In this document: positions 24,766 through 37,464 of the stretch, in pieces | Layout: each line of letters starts with the position of its first letter | How positions within the stretch are numbered: position 1 is the stretch's first letter | Assembly: GCA_002269645.1 (NCBI GenBank) | Contig: NIVC01001309.1 | Location: forward strand, 124,001-188,000 | Source: Macrostomum lignano | Taxonomy: Eukaryota | Direction: 5' to 3' | DNA: 64,000 nt | The notes under the pieces: model-generated | Database searches by the model: none | What the model saw: the letters and a program-made list of their open reading frames with translations, nothing else | What the model was told of the DNA's origin: nothing | Translations under genes and position numbers: made by a program

Positions 24766-25190
24766 GGAAAGAGAGAAGTTAGTAAAGGCTTTAGAAATTT
24801 AGAAAGCACCTAAAAATCAATTGAAACGTTGCGAATATTGATAGTTAATATCAATATTATTTTCTAACATTGGCGCAATTTTATAAACTTTTTTATGCTA
24901 CTATGAGTAACTCAAGTCGTCGCGCTAAGATGCTACGCTAAGAGCGCGATTGAATTCTAGTGTAGCATGAGCATGGTGTAGAATTCGTCTCGTTGCAAAC
25001 TGTCTTTGTGAAAGAAAAGTTTTCTAAAACTTGATTTAGTAAATTGATACACCTATATACTTTTTCAATTTTACGAGAAAATCTTTCACTCTTAGTTAAT
25101 GAGATAGAGCGATTACCAGCCGTTGTATGTGTGCAAGCTACGAGCGTATAACGTAACAGTAACAGCTAATACTTAGTACCACGGCAATTT

Positions 25191-25316
25191 CATGGCAGTT
25201 CCACGGAAATTCCATGGCAGTTCCATGGAAATTCGATGGCAGTTCCACGGAAATTCCATGGCAGTTCCATGGAAATTCCATGGCAGTTCCACGGAAATTT
25301 CATGGCAATTCCATAG
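25191..25316. repeat. 22-bp tandem array (5 units) upstream of TRAF
   Basis: Unit catggcagttcca(c/t)ggaaattc. Confidence 0.85.
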
Positions 25317-25958
25317 TCAGGCTTTAAAAGTTCATCCAAAACAAATCCAAGCAATTTCGAATGCGCAGGTGCCGATCTAGCTATGTTTATGCACAAAACC
25401 TACAAGGTACAACTGTTCAAATAAAATGTATCGTTAAAATGATCTTCTTAGTTTTAGATCGAAACAAAAATATTTTGCTGGAAATTTCCATGCGAATTTT
25501 TTTAATTTACTTTGGCAATCCCTCAAGTAAATTTCACGGCCTCTTAGCTCTCTTAGCAGAATGTCAAACCCCGTTCTGTTCGAGAAGGTGGAGCGTACAA
25601 GCGCAGTGTACTGTACACTAACCTGTCCAGTCCATTGTGCGCATAAAGTGTGCAATCCAATTGTCTGTTCTCCAAGGAATGAAAAACATACGAGTCCCGA
25701 GGCCATGCAGTCATTATTATTTAAAGCTGCCGCCTATTTTTTATATCATCAATTTTATACTAAGCACCAAATTATAAACATCTGCCAAGATACTACCTTG
25801 TACGATTGTTTACTACCTTGTAGACAGTCAATGTTCCTACAGACAAAGCAAAACAGTCACATAGAAGACCTTGATATTTCATGTCGTTTTCATAGCATAA
25901 ATGTCTCACTCTGGCATTCCCAAGTCAATTCCACGGCCTTTTCGCTCTCCAGCCGCCA

Positions 25959-27851
25959 ATGTCGACCCCCGGACTGTCCGAGAAGGCTTCGCTGGCCCAG
26001 CCGGCGGACGAGAAGGCCGTGCCGCCTCAGCTGCGCTGCAACAGCTGCTCCAAGCCGGTGTTCAACGCCTTCCAGACTCCTCACGGCTGCCGCATCTGCC
26101 AGTCCTGCGTGCAGGCCAAGCTGCACCCCACCGAGAGGCGCCTCTGCCCCGGAACCACCGAGGCCTGCAAGGATGAGGATGAGGAGATCCGCATCTGCCA
26201 GTCCAGCTGCGTGCCCGACATCGCCACGAGACGGGAGATCAGCAAGCTGACCGTGTTCTGCCCCAATAGAGACGGAGGCTGCAAGGACCAGATGAAGTGG
26301 AGGGAGGTGGACACTCACCTGGAAAAGTGCGAATACGAGAAGGTCAGCTGCGAGTTGTGCCGGGACTCGATACTGAAGAAGAGACTCAAGTCCCACCTCA
26401 GTGACGAGTGTCGGCAACGACGGGTGACCTGCGGTTTGTGCCAGCAGTCGGTGGTGCACAGCGAGATGGAGAAGAGCCACAGGAACCTGGACTCGGCCAC
26501 GTGCTGTCCGAGATACACAGACTACTGTCCGTTCTGCAAAGACAAGTCCAGGAAGCTGAACCGCAAGGACTTTGTTGAACACCTAAAAACTTGTCCAGAC
26601 AAACCGAACGAGTGCAAGTACAGCCACCTGGGCTGCGAGAGAAAAGCCAGAAAGTCGGACCTTGAGAAGCACTACAGAGACGAAGTCGACCATCATTTGA
26701 CGCTTTTGGACTCGAAGCTGAGGCAGGTGGCCTCCGGTCCGAGATTTGCACCGCCGACTGCTGCGACTGCCGCAGCCACCGTCGTTCCCGCCGGAGGCAC
26801 CGGAGAGGTGGAGGAGGTGAAGCGGAAGGTGGCCGACATTCATGACCACTTCAAGAAGCTGCAGGTGAATGTAGCGAACTGGGCTCACACCACGCTTGAG
26901 TTTGAGCAGATGGCTGACAAATTCGGGGGCATCTCGCAAATGCGACAGTTCTTGAAGAACTTAGATGAGAAAATCAGACAGATGGAGACACCTGGAGTGG
27001 AAGAGCAACGATGGGTGACCTGTGATTTGTGCAAGAAAGAATTACTGCACAGCGATATGGAGTCAATCCACAGGAACCTGGACTCGGCCACGTGCTGTCC
27101 GAGATACACAGACTACTGTCCGTTCTGCAAAGACAAGTCCAGGAAGCTGAACCGCAAGGACTTTGTTGAGCATGCAAAAATATGTTCAAAATATACTGTT
27201 ACAATCTCCGGTTTACTTCAGTACCTACAAGACATAGGCACTCGGCTGCGACTGACTTCTAACTTGAGCAATGCTGAAGGCACTGTCGATGCGAGCTCTT
27301 CAATGGTGCAGCAGAAGCTGAATGAGATCGAGTTCCGACTGCTGAATCTCGAAGGCACGAGCTATGACGGGTTTCTGGTGTGGAAGGTGAGCAACTTCAC
27401 CAAGAGGCGGCGGGAGGCCATGGACAAGCGGGTGACCAGCATTTTCTCCCAGCCCTTCCTTTCGCGTCACCAGGATTTCAAGTTCAGAGTTCGCCTCTTC
27501 CTCAACGGCAACAAGTCCGGTAAAGGAACTCACGTGTCGGTGTACCTGGTGCTCATGCAGCACGAGTTCGATGACATCCAGGAGTGGCCGCTGAAGGCGA
27601 CCGTCTCCTTCAAGATGGTCAACCTGAGGAATCGCGCTGACGATGTAGCCAAGACGGTGAGATTCGACTCTGGCAATCAGAGACCGTCTGGCCGGGAGGA
27701 CCTGTCGGTGTGCTGTGGTGAAGCCAAGTTCATGAGCATCAGCCAGTTCAAGAACTCGGACCGGTTCGTCAAGAATGACAGCTTCTACCTGGAGGTTGAC
27801 GTAGCCGTGGATGGCGAGAGCGGCCAGGGGCGCAGGGGAAGGAGGAAGTAG
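25959..27851 (+). CDS. TRAF: TNF receptor-associated factor (RING-like, zf-TRAF, coiled coil, MATH), intronless
   Basis: 630 aa; RING-like CNSC..QTPHGCRICQSC..CP; zf-TRAF C-x2-C repeats; C-terminal MATH SYDGFLVWKVSNF..SIFSQPF..FRVRLFLNGNKSGKGTHVSVYLVLMQHEFDDIQEWP..FVKNDSFYLEVDV. Subfamily not assigned. Confidence 0.93.
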   Translation: MSTPGLSEKASLAQPADEKAVPPQLRCNSCSKPVFNAFQTPHGCRICQSCVQAKLHPTERRLCPGTTEACKDEDEEIRICQSSCVPDIATRREISKLTVFCPNRDGGCKDQMKWREVDTHLEKCEYEKVSCELCRDSILKKRLKSHLSDECRQRRVTCGLCQQSVVHSEMEKSHRNLDSATCCPRYTDYCPFCKDKSRKLNRKDFVEHLKTCPDKPNECKYSHLGCERKARKSDLEKHYRDEVDHHLTLLDSKLRQVASGPRFAPPTAATAAATVVPAGGTGEVEEVKRKVADIHDHFKKLQVNVANWAHTTLEFEQMADKFGGISQMRQFLKNLDEKIRQMETPGVEEQRWVTCDLCKKELLHSDMESIHRNLDSATCCPRYTDYCPFCKDKSRKLNRKDFVEHAKICSKYTVTISGLLQYLQDIGTRLRLTSNLSNAEGTVDASSSMVQQKLNEIEFRLLNLEGTSYDGFLVWKVSNFTKRRREAMDKRVTSIFSQPFLSRHQDFKFRVRLFLNGNKSGKGTHVSVYLVLMQHEFDDIQEWPLKATVSFKMVNLRNRADDVAKTVRFDSGNQRPSGREDLSVCCGEAKFMSISQFKNSDRFVKNDSFYLEVDVAVDGESGQGRRGRRK

Positions 27852-28117
27852 CCGCTTGTTGAGTCAGGCTTTATCCAACATTATGCCGGCCGATTGTTGA
27901 CTACTAAGTATCAATTACTGCTTTCTTTAGTTCAATTTCAACTAGATTTGTCACTCTATTTAAGTTTTATGATCAAATCGGTCGTCGACGGTCTAGTAGC
28001 TACGCTTGCATTATATCATTAATTTTTTGCTTATTTTTTCTGTGTTAGAAGAAATACGCGTAAAATGAATGACTTCTAATTGATTTTTTCTTGCCAACAA
28101 CTTGGATAGCGTTTTTA

Positions 28118-29342
28118 CGACGGCTGAGCAATAAGTTTCCGGATGTGCGCAGACTGAAATAGTTAGAGAGAAAAAACAGTTACATCTTTTCAAAGTACTC
28201 TCCAGCAGATTCGATGCAAATTTTCATGCGCTCAAACCACTTGCTGAAGCAGCTGGACCAATCTGAAGCAGGCACCTTCTCCACATGCCGGATGAAGGCC
28301 TCCACTGCAGCTCCTGGTGATCCATAGCGGATTCCACGCATCCTGCGCTTGATTTTGGAAACACAAAAAAGTCGCAGGGGGCCAGGTTGGGGCTGTAGGG
28401 TGGATGACCGAGCTCTTGAATGCGCTCTCCGGCCAGAAACTCCGCCACCTGTCGAGCCTTGTGGGCCGGGGCGTTGTCGTGATGGAGAAGGATGCCCGAG
28501 CTCGAGTCCTTGGGCGACGCCTGGAGAGAGCGCTCAGCACTTGTGGCAGGCAAACGTTGGCGTACCAGTCACTTTGACTGTGCGCTGCTGCACGAGTGGA
28601 ACCGTGGCCAGATGACCAGTTTTCGCCACAAAAACGGCTACCATCTGCTTCGCCACGCTGCGCTCTCGCCGAAGCTTGTTGGATGGTGGGGTGCCGCCAA
28701 CTGGAGTCCACTGGGCCGACTGCTGCTTAGTCTCCGGGTCGAAACTATAGATCCAGGACTTTTCACCACTGACGATATCCCAGACCGAGTTTGAGCTGCC
28801 TCCGTTGAATCTGTCAAGCATGGTGCGGCACCCAGCGTGCAGAAATCTTGCTCAGGTTGAGCTGTGCAAATGCAGGATCGTCCTGATGGATCCTGATGAG
28901 ATGCCCATCTGTGCCTCTATCTGGGCCACAGTCACTCGGCATCATCCTCAACCATGGCCCGGACAGCAGCAACATTATCCTCAGTCGTTGCGGAGACAGA
29001 CCAGCGCTGCGCTCCTCATCATCCAGACTCTGCCTGCCGGGATCTAGATGGTGCTCATCCCAAAAAGCTCCTTGCAATCGCTCAAGACTTTCTTGCTGAC
29101 GCAAACCACTTTTAAAATCGTATAAAATCATTGCTCTAAAAATGACTCCTATTGAGCTCAATTGTGAATTTGATTGATAGAGTGGGTATGCTAGCTTGGT
29201 TTGGATGCTGCACTGGCTAAAAATGACCAGTGTGTCTGAAATTTACAAACATTGTACTTATATAATGTACTTGACACCTATGGTGTCAGATTTTGTCAGC
29301 CGCTTCAACTATGCACATCCAAAACTTATTGCTCAGCCCTCG
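28118..29342 (-). mobile_element. Full-length but defective mariner (DD34D) element
   Basis: TA-flanked TIRs cgacggctgagcaataagttt / aaacttattgctcagccctcg. Transposase pieces ILYDFKSG, ISARWVPH, IVSGEKSWIY, HHDNAPAH, HPPYSPNLAPCDFF lie in shifted frames, with altered catalytic Asp positions. Confidence 0.93.
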
Positions 29343-30560
29343 TAATCCAAAAAATTATATATACTTCGGTATTAATTCACATGTTAATTGTGTGACTTCA
29401 ATTATTTTTTATTCGCTATTACAATTGACAGCAAAATTATAGGATGATGATGATGTAATGTCCATTTGGGTTTCCAGTATAAAAACTGGCAGTCTAAAAC
29501 TTGAATTATGTTATACGAGCTAGATTGATGTCGGATATTGTTTAAACGTAGTATTTGTTGTAGCGAACTCACCGAAGCTTTAACTAGTTAGTTAATTCCG
29601 GTAAATACAGGTCAAACCTTAGAGATTTAGTATATTGTGATGATTTTTCCTGTTTCACTATCTTAAACTATTCAGTAAAAATGAGTAGTCATGTACAATT
29701 TTATTTCTGCTTTTCATTTCACTAGCGCACTCTCTCAAATATGCACTATAAAGCAATGAAACTGATTTAGCTACTTATTCTATGGTGCTCTTGTTGTTTT
29801 TTGTTCATTGTCTTGTTTATTTTACTTTGCTGTAGATGTCTTGGTTATTTACCTATATCCTACTGACATTGCTGAGTCCTGACTGAGTTATATATGAGCC
29901 CATTATTGATTATCGATTTATTTGATTGAAAAACAAACGCTCGATTCCAAGTGCAGTCACAATTATTTGGGGTTAAACTGAAATCTCAGTTTGTGATTGT
30001 GATTGTGAAGTGTACATGCCTAACGATAAATAAAGTTAGGGCCGCCGTACACTCCTGTGTGTGTGCCTGTGCGTATGACTGCGTACGTATCCGCGCGCTT
30101 GTGTGCCTGATCAGGGGAGTCGGCGGAATGGACAGTCAGCAATGCCTCTCGCCGGTTGTGTGACAATGTCGCTTAATGTACACCAGGGCGCACACAGACC
30201 CCTGCCTCTAAAAATGGTTTGTAAGAAACAATCTGTGGTAAAATTTGCTTAAAATATTTGTTAAAACTACAAACAGTAAAATAAAAAATAAATAAACTTT
30301 TTTTGTTTTTTTTTGTTGGTAATGTTGAATTTAGACCAGGGTTGATTTATTAAGTTGCAAAGAAACAGTCAGACCGGTAAACACCGGTGTCAACATGTAC
30401 ATAGCAAAGTTGTTTAATTGTATAGAAATATTTTATAAGCAACACTAATTAAAAAACAGCACACGGGACACGCGCGGAAAAGTCTTCTAACCGTGGTCGA
30501 ACCATTGACGCAGATAAAATGCAGAAGTAACTTAGTTAAACCGAAACTCTCTACCCACAT

Positions 30561-33500
30561 TCAGCTCTCATCGTCGCTGTCCTTTGCCAGACTGCCGAGC
30601 ACCTCCGAGGGCACGGGCAGCTCAGAGATCTCAATGTTTTCTCCGCCACCTGTGCAATGAATTGTTCAATGGAATTATTAATTAGGCAATATTTTTGACT
30701 TTATATTTTAAAACAAGCAATGCACGCGGATTGCACTACTTGTATAGTAGAAATACAAGAAAATAACGCTCGTACAAATGGAAATAAAATCCGTATTACA
30801 GTATAAAATGCGATCTCATTGGGATTAATGAAGGGAAATTCTCAATGAGATTCTCAGGCATTCAAAGACAATTCTCACTGAGATCTAAAGACGATTCTCA
30901 ATGAGATTCTCAGATATTGAAAGACGATTCCTCAGGTATTCAAAAACAAATCTCAATGAGATTCTCAGTTATTCAAAGACGATTCTCAGTGAGATTCTCA
31001 GGTATTCAAAGACGATTCTCAATGAGATTCCTCAGGTATTCAAAGACGATTCTCAATGAGATTCCTCAGGTATTCAAAAACGATTCTCAATAAGATTCTC
31101 AGGTTTTCAGAAGATTCTCAATGAGATTCTCAGGTATTCAAAAGACGATTCTCAATAAGATTCCTCAGGTATTCAAAAGACGATTCTTAATGAGATTCTC
31201 AGACATTCAAAGACGATTCTTAAAGAGATCTAAAGACGATTCTCAATGAGATTCTCAATCAGTCAAAAATGATTTTGAATGAGATCTTTTTAAAAAAAGT
31301 CTTTGAAGAAACCAAACCCCAACCCACTCACCATCGCTATCCTCTCCAGCCTCCTCCATCACTTCTCCGCCAGCGTCGCTATCCTCAGAGTCATCATCAT
31401 CGCCGCCAATCTGGAGCTCCTCCGGATTCGCCTTGCCGCCAGCCCCGTTGCTATTGGCAACGCCAGAGGCGGCCGACTCCGCAGCAGCAGGCGCAGTTCG
31501 CATAACCCCGGCGGGTTGCTCCTGATCTTTGCCGCGTACAAATAAAATTCCTTTAGGCTGAGCAGACTGCTGCTGCTGTTGCTCAAGAGCTCGCATCGGG
31601 TCGCTGCTCGAAGGGCCGGCAGAGTCCTCAGCCTGATCGTCCGAGTCAGCTGAACCAGCCGCAGCGGCCGCCGCAGCCGTATAATTGAGCTGAGTACTGA
31701 ACGCCGCAGTCACTGACCGTTTCACCCTGAGCATCTCTCTGAGCGTCTCTTCGCTGCCGTTGGCAATCTCGAATTCTTGCCAGGCGTGCCAGAACTGCTC
31801 GTGCAGCCGCGGGTCGCAAATCTGGGCGCAGTAGGCGTAGACAGCCCTGGCCCGGTCCACTTCGCCTAGGCGGGTCTCCAGCTCGGCGAAGCGCAAACAG
31901 AACTCTCTGGCCTCGGCGTCCGGCAGAGATTCGATGGCTTTCTCGTACACTGCTCGGGTGTGGGTGACGCCTAGCAGCTCCGCCACCCTGCGAAACGGTT
32001 TTGTGGTTGGGTTTTCATAGTTAGTTGGTTAATAAGTAGGTCAGTCATTTCTGTTTGTCTGTTTGTCTGTCTGTCTGTCTTAGTGTCTGCCTGTCCGTCT
32101 GTCTTAGTGTCTGTCTGTCTATCTGTCTGTCTTAGTGTCTGTCTTAGTGTCTGCCTGTCCGTCAGTCAGTCAGTCAGTCAGTCAGTCAGTCAGTCAGTCA
32201 GTCAGTCAGTCAGTCAGTCAGTCAGTCAGTCAGTCAGTCAGTCAGTCAGTCAGTCAGTCAGTCAGTCAGTCAGTCAGTCAGTCAGTCAGTCAGTCAGTCA
32301 GTCAGTCAGTCAGTCAGTCAGTCAGTCAGTCAGTCAGTCAGTCAGTCAGTCAGTCAGTCAGTCAGTCAGTCAGTCAGTCAGTCAGTCAGTCAGTCAGTCA
32401 GTCAGTCAGTCAGTCAGTCAGTCAGTCAGTCAGTCAGTCAGTCAGTCAGTCAGTCAGTCAGTCAGTCAGTCAGTCAGTCAGTCAGTCAGTCAGTCAGTCA
32501 GTCAGTCAGTCAGTCAGTCAGTCAGTCAGTCAGTCAGTCAGTCAGTCAGTCAGTCAGTCAGTCAGTCAGTCAGTCAGTCAGTCAGTCAGTCAGTCAGTCA
32601 GTCAGTCAGTCAGTCAGTCAGTCAGTCAGTCAGTCAGTCAGTCAGTCAGTCAGTCAGTCAGTCAGTCAGTCAGTCAGTCAGTCAGTCAGTCAGTCAGTCA
32701 GTCAGTCAGTCAGTCAGTCAGTCAGTCAGTCAGTCAGTCAGTCACAGCGCACACACTGCAGTCAATTTACCTGTTAATATAAATGTTGAACATGGGAGCA
32801 CGCTGATTGGCTGGCAGGCGCTCCAACGCTCGCTCGTACACATTCATAGCTCGCTTGGCCAGTCCGTGCTCCTCTTCCAGCTTGGCGTACAGCAGGAAGA
32901 AGGGGCGGGACAGCTCCGCCGGGCAGTGCTCCAGGCACTGCTCAAATAGGTCCCGAGCACGCTCGAGCTTGGCGCCGCCGTAACGGTCGGAGAAATGAAT
33001 CAAGTAGGTCTTCCACAGCTCCTCGACGTTCGGCCATTTGAATAGAGCGATGCCGCGTTCGTACACCTGCGAGTGACAACGCAGAACACTGCATAGATAC
33101 CACCAACTGGAACCCACACTTCAGAACACTAAATGGAACCCACACTTCAGAACACTAAATGGAACCCACACTTTATGACACCATCAAATGGAACCCACAC
33201 TTCAGAACACCATCAACTCGAACCCAAACTTCAGAACACCATCAAATGGAACCCACACTTCAGGACACTATCAACTGGAACCCAAACTTCAGAACACCAT
33301 TAAATGGAACCCACACTTCAGGCCACCATCAAATGGAACCCAGACTTCAGGACACCATCAACTAGAACCCACACTTCAGGACACCATCAACTGGAACCCA
33401 CACTTCAGGACACCATCAACTGGAACCCACACTTCAGGACACCATCAACTGGAACCCACACTTCAGGACACCATCAACTGGAACCCACACTTCAGGACAC

Positions 33501-36500
33501 CATCAACTGGAACCCACACTTCAGGACACCATCAACTGGAACCCACACTTCAGGACACCATCAAATGGAACCCACACTTCAGGACACTATTGAATGGAAC
33601 CCACACTTCAGAACACCATCAACTGGAACCCACACTTCAGGACACCATCAACTGGAACACACACTTCAGGACACCATCAACTGGAACCCACACTTCAGGA
33701 CACCATCAAATGGAACCCACACTTCAGGACACCATCAACTGGAACCCACACTTCAGGAAACCATCAACTGGAACCCACACTTCAGGACACCATCAACTGG
33801 AACCCACACTTCAGGACACCATCAACTGGAACCCACACTTCAGGACACCATCAACTGGAACCCACACTTCAGGACACCATCAACTGGAACCCACACTTCA
33901 GGACACCATCAACTGGAACCCACACTTCAGGACACCATCAACTGGAACCCACACTTCAGGACACCATCAACTGGAACCCACACTTCAGGACACCATCAAC
34001 TGGAACCCACACTTCAGGACACCATCAACTGGAACCCACACTTCAGGACACCATCAACTGGAACACACACTTCAGGACACCATCAACTGGAACCCACACT
34101 TCAGGACACCATCAAATGGAACCCACGCTTCAGGACACTACCTGTAACTCACCCTAAAAGCCTCTTCAAAATAGGCGCTCTCCTCCAGCATAACGGCATA
34201 GTTAATAACAATCTGCGGAGTTGCAATCTGCAGATCCAGCATTCTGTCATAGGCAGCCCTGGCCGTGGCCAGAGTGCCATAGGATTCTTCTAAATCAACA
34301 TAGAAAGACCAGAGCTTAAGCGACTTGTGCAGGCGGGCTTGCACAGGCTCTGACCGGTCGTAGAAATCCACTTTGTGCGACGGCGGGGCCACAGCCTTGG
34401 CCAGGAGGGCCAGAGCCTTCTCTGGCGGCCCGTGGCGCAGCTCCATCTCCGCCCATTGGCACCACACGTAGGCCAAATCGTCCACTGTTCTGCAGTGTTT
34501 GGAGCAATTTTATCTTCCTCATTTTTTGTCTGTTTTTAGTCCACAAAAATATTACCAGTGCCTTGCCCTTTCGCCCCTGAGAGTTTTTAGCTACTTCGAT
34601 ATAATCTTCCAAGTCCCTGAATTGTCCAATTATTGCAATTTTCTAACTTCATCAATTTTCAGAATCTCCCTAGTCTACCTAATCTTCTATATAATCTTTC
34701 TAATCTCTTCAGTCTTCCTAATCTACTAGATCTTCCTAATCCTTCTAATATTCCTAATCTCCTCAGTCTCCCTAATCTCCTCAATCTCCCTAATCCCCTC
34801 AATATCCCTAATCTCCTTTATCTCCCTAATCCCCTCATCTTTCTAATCTCCTTAATCTTCCTAATCTTCTCAATCTCCCTAATCTCCTCAATCTCCCTAA
34901 TCCCCTTAATCTCCCTAATCTCCTCAATCTTTCTAATCTCCTCAATCTTTCTAATCTCCTCAATCTTTCTAATCTTCTCAATCTCCCTAATCTCCTCAAT
35001 CTCCCTAATCTCCTCAATCTTTCTAATCTCCTTAATCTTCTTAATCTTTCCAATCTTCTCAATCTCCCCAATCTTCCTAATCTTCTTAAATATTCCTGAT
35101 TTCTTCAAATCATCCTAATCTCCTCTCTCTCTAATCTTGCTTTCCCCTATCTGTAAAATCCTCTTATTCCAGTTCGAAAGTCTGAACAATTCCCACCTGT
35201 GATCGGCAGCGGCAGCCTTTTCAAAAACAGTCCTAGCGTCAGACAGCTGGTCGTGCTTCTCGTAGAACTTGGCGAACTCCGTCCAGAGGGTGCAGGCCCG
35301 ACCAGCGCTAGCCTTGTGCGGATCCACAGTCTTCACGGCCTCCATGTAGGTGCCGATCTGCTCAGCCGGCCGGTCCGCCAGCAGCTGCACTCGCTTGTGC
35401 CACTCCGGCACGCAGTGCGGGTTCTGCCTGAGCAGCACGGAGTTCAACAGCAGCGGCCGGCGCTCAATCAGGTGCTCAAATCTGAGCATGGCCAAGTCAG
35501 ACTCAAGCGACTCTTCAGAGTCACCGGCAGCGGCGGCGCCTTCCTCGGCTGCCTCCATCAGCTGGCGCACCAGGCCTTCCTCAAATTCGGCGCTGGCGTC
35601 GAACACCTGGCTGAAGTCGCGCACGGTGGTGACCGTGGCCAGGGCCTCTTCGAATACGTCTCTGCGGTTTGGGAGGCGGGAATAATTAAGGGATGGACTC
35701 CAAGAGGATTAGCTTTGAGCACTGAGAATTAATGGTCGATTGCTAGCGTCAAATTATACCTAAGTTGGATTTTAGACCTGGGTTCGATTCTCAATCTGAA
35801 GTACCCTGAGTTCGATTCTCAATCTGGAGTACCCTGAGTTCGATTCTCAATCTGGAGTACCCTGAGTTCGATTCTCAAGGTGAAGTAGCTGGGTTCGATT
35901 CCGGCACCAAAGAGTATCTGGGTTCGATTCCGGAACCAAAGAGTACCTGGGTTCGATTCCGGCACCAAAGAGTACCTGGGTTCGATTCCGGCACCAAAGA
36001 GTACCTGGGTTCGATTCTGGCACCAAAAACTACTTGGGTTCGAGCTGCTTGAACTCACCTGGCCCTGCTGATATTCCCAGCTCTCAAGTGCCATTCAGCC
36101 AGGGCAGTCCACAGTCTGCCAACCTGATCGGTGTACCGACTAATCCCCTGCCGAATAATTGCCTCAGCGTTGACGCTGGTGACCTCCAATGGATTTCTCG
36201 ACAGCAGATTGCACAGCTCCTGCCACAGAGCGTGCTTGGACTTGCCCCTTGAACTCTGAAACGAATCGTCATTGATGATGGCAACCAGGTTGGCAACGGC
36301 TTCGTCCAATCGCTGGTGCTCCAATAAAAAATCGACGAAATCTTCGCGACCTTCCGGCTTGAAGCGGACGTAGCGGCGAAGGACGCGCAGCGCGGTCTCC
36401 AGGCAGCCGTGCGGAGCGTGCAGGCGGACCAGGCGAAGGTAGGGCGGCCACAGCCGGTCGTGCTGGGTGAGGGGCAGCGAGCGGAGTGCGCGATCGAAGG

Positions 36501-36590
36501 CCCGGCGAGACTCGGTGATTCGGCCTTGCCTGTGGAGGTGCGGATTAGAGCAGCAATTAGAACACAATAAAGACACTAAGACACGAGGAC

Positions 36591-36663
<73 letters not shown>

Positions 36664-36806
36664 TAGACAGACAGACAGACAGACAGACACAGACAGACAG
36701 ACAGAAAGACACACACTAAGACAGACGACAGACAGACAGACACTAAGACAGACAGACAGTCAGACAGACAGACAGACAGACCGACAGACAGACAGACAGA
36801 CAGACC

Positions 36807-36846
<40 letters not shown>

Positions 36847-36893
36847 GGCAGCCAGACAGCCAGACAGACAGACAGACAGACAGACAGACAGCC

Positions 36894-36944
<51 letters not shown>

Positions 36945-36949
36945 TAGAC

Positions 36950-37042
<93 letters not shown>

Positions 37043-37065
37043 TAGACACAGACAGGCAGGCAGGC

Positions 37066-37110
<45 letters not shown>

Positions 37111-37464
37111 CAGGCAGCCTTACCTGGTGAGAAAGCGGCAATAGTCCAGCCAGATTCTGGGCATCTTGTGCATGTGCACCAGCGCTCTCTCGTGAGCGGC
37201 ATTGGCAACGCTGAGCTCAGCCTGCAGATCTGCATCGCTAACATCGGGCGAGTTGGCCCGCGCCCTGGCCAGCAGTCTCCGGTAGCGGAGGTAGCGGTAC
37301 CAGAGTTTGTAGCTGCCCGGCAGCTGCTTCACCGCCCGTTCGTAGATCTGGCACACAGCCACCGGGCGCCGGCCGTCAGCCTTGTGCTCAACATAGCGAA
37401 GCCAGGACTTCACTGAGTACGGGTTGCGAAGAATCTCCTCCTCGTAGGGGAGATCCTCTTCTTC
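30561..37464 (-). CDS. SYF1: Pre-mRNA splicing factor SYF1/XAB2 (HAT repeats); first exon not located
   Basis: Phase-compatible exons 37124-37464 (EEEDLPYEEEILRNPYSVKSWLRY), 36059-36529, 35197-35661 (LLLNSVLLRQNPHCVPEWHKRV), 34153-34489, 32771-33066 (VYERGIALFKWPNV), 31332-31987 and 30561-30649 (stop). All have GT-AG boundaries. Confidence 0.95.
30836..31258. repeat. ~31-bp minisatellite in SYF1 last intron
   Basis: Unit approx gattctcaatgagattctcaggtattcaaagac. Confidence 0.9.
32161..32744. repeat. (GTCA)n microsatellite, ~146 perfect copies
   Basis: Uninterrupted tetranucleotide run inside a SYF1 intron. Confidence 0.98.
33101..34140. repeat. 29-bp minisatellite (~35 copies) in SYF1 intron
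   Basis: Unit ccatcaactggaacccacacttcaggaca. Confidence 0.97.
34630..35135. repeat. 9/18-bp pyrimidine-rich repeat in SYF1 intron
   Basis: ctaatctcc / tcaatcttt units. Confidence 0.9.
35778..36045. repeat. 28/29-bp array of GTTCGATTC motifs in SYF1 intron
   Basis: Units gagttcgattctcaatctggagtaccct and gggttcgattccggcaccaaagagtacct; about 10 copies of the core. Confidence 0.9.
36590..37110. repeat. (GACA)n microsatellite in SYF1 intron
   Basis: Imperfect tetranucleotide run. Confidence 0.97.

Noticed and set aside
21012-30210. A 9-kb composite element bounded by the inverted 21.0-kb and 30.1-kb repeats and carrying FReD/TRAF
   Set aside because: No target-site duplication at the outer ends, and a related snippet occurs near 10800, so these look like independent dispersed copies.
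32083-34293. Long SQSV and HQLEPTLQDT ORFs
   Set aside because: They lie on the opposite strand inside SYF1 introns and are pure tandem repeat; the 36467-37244 ORFs are the same kind of artefact.
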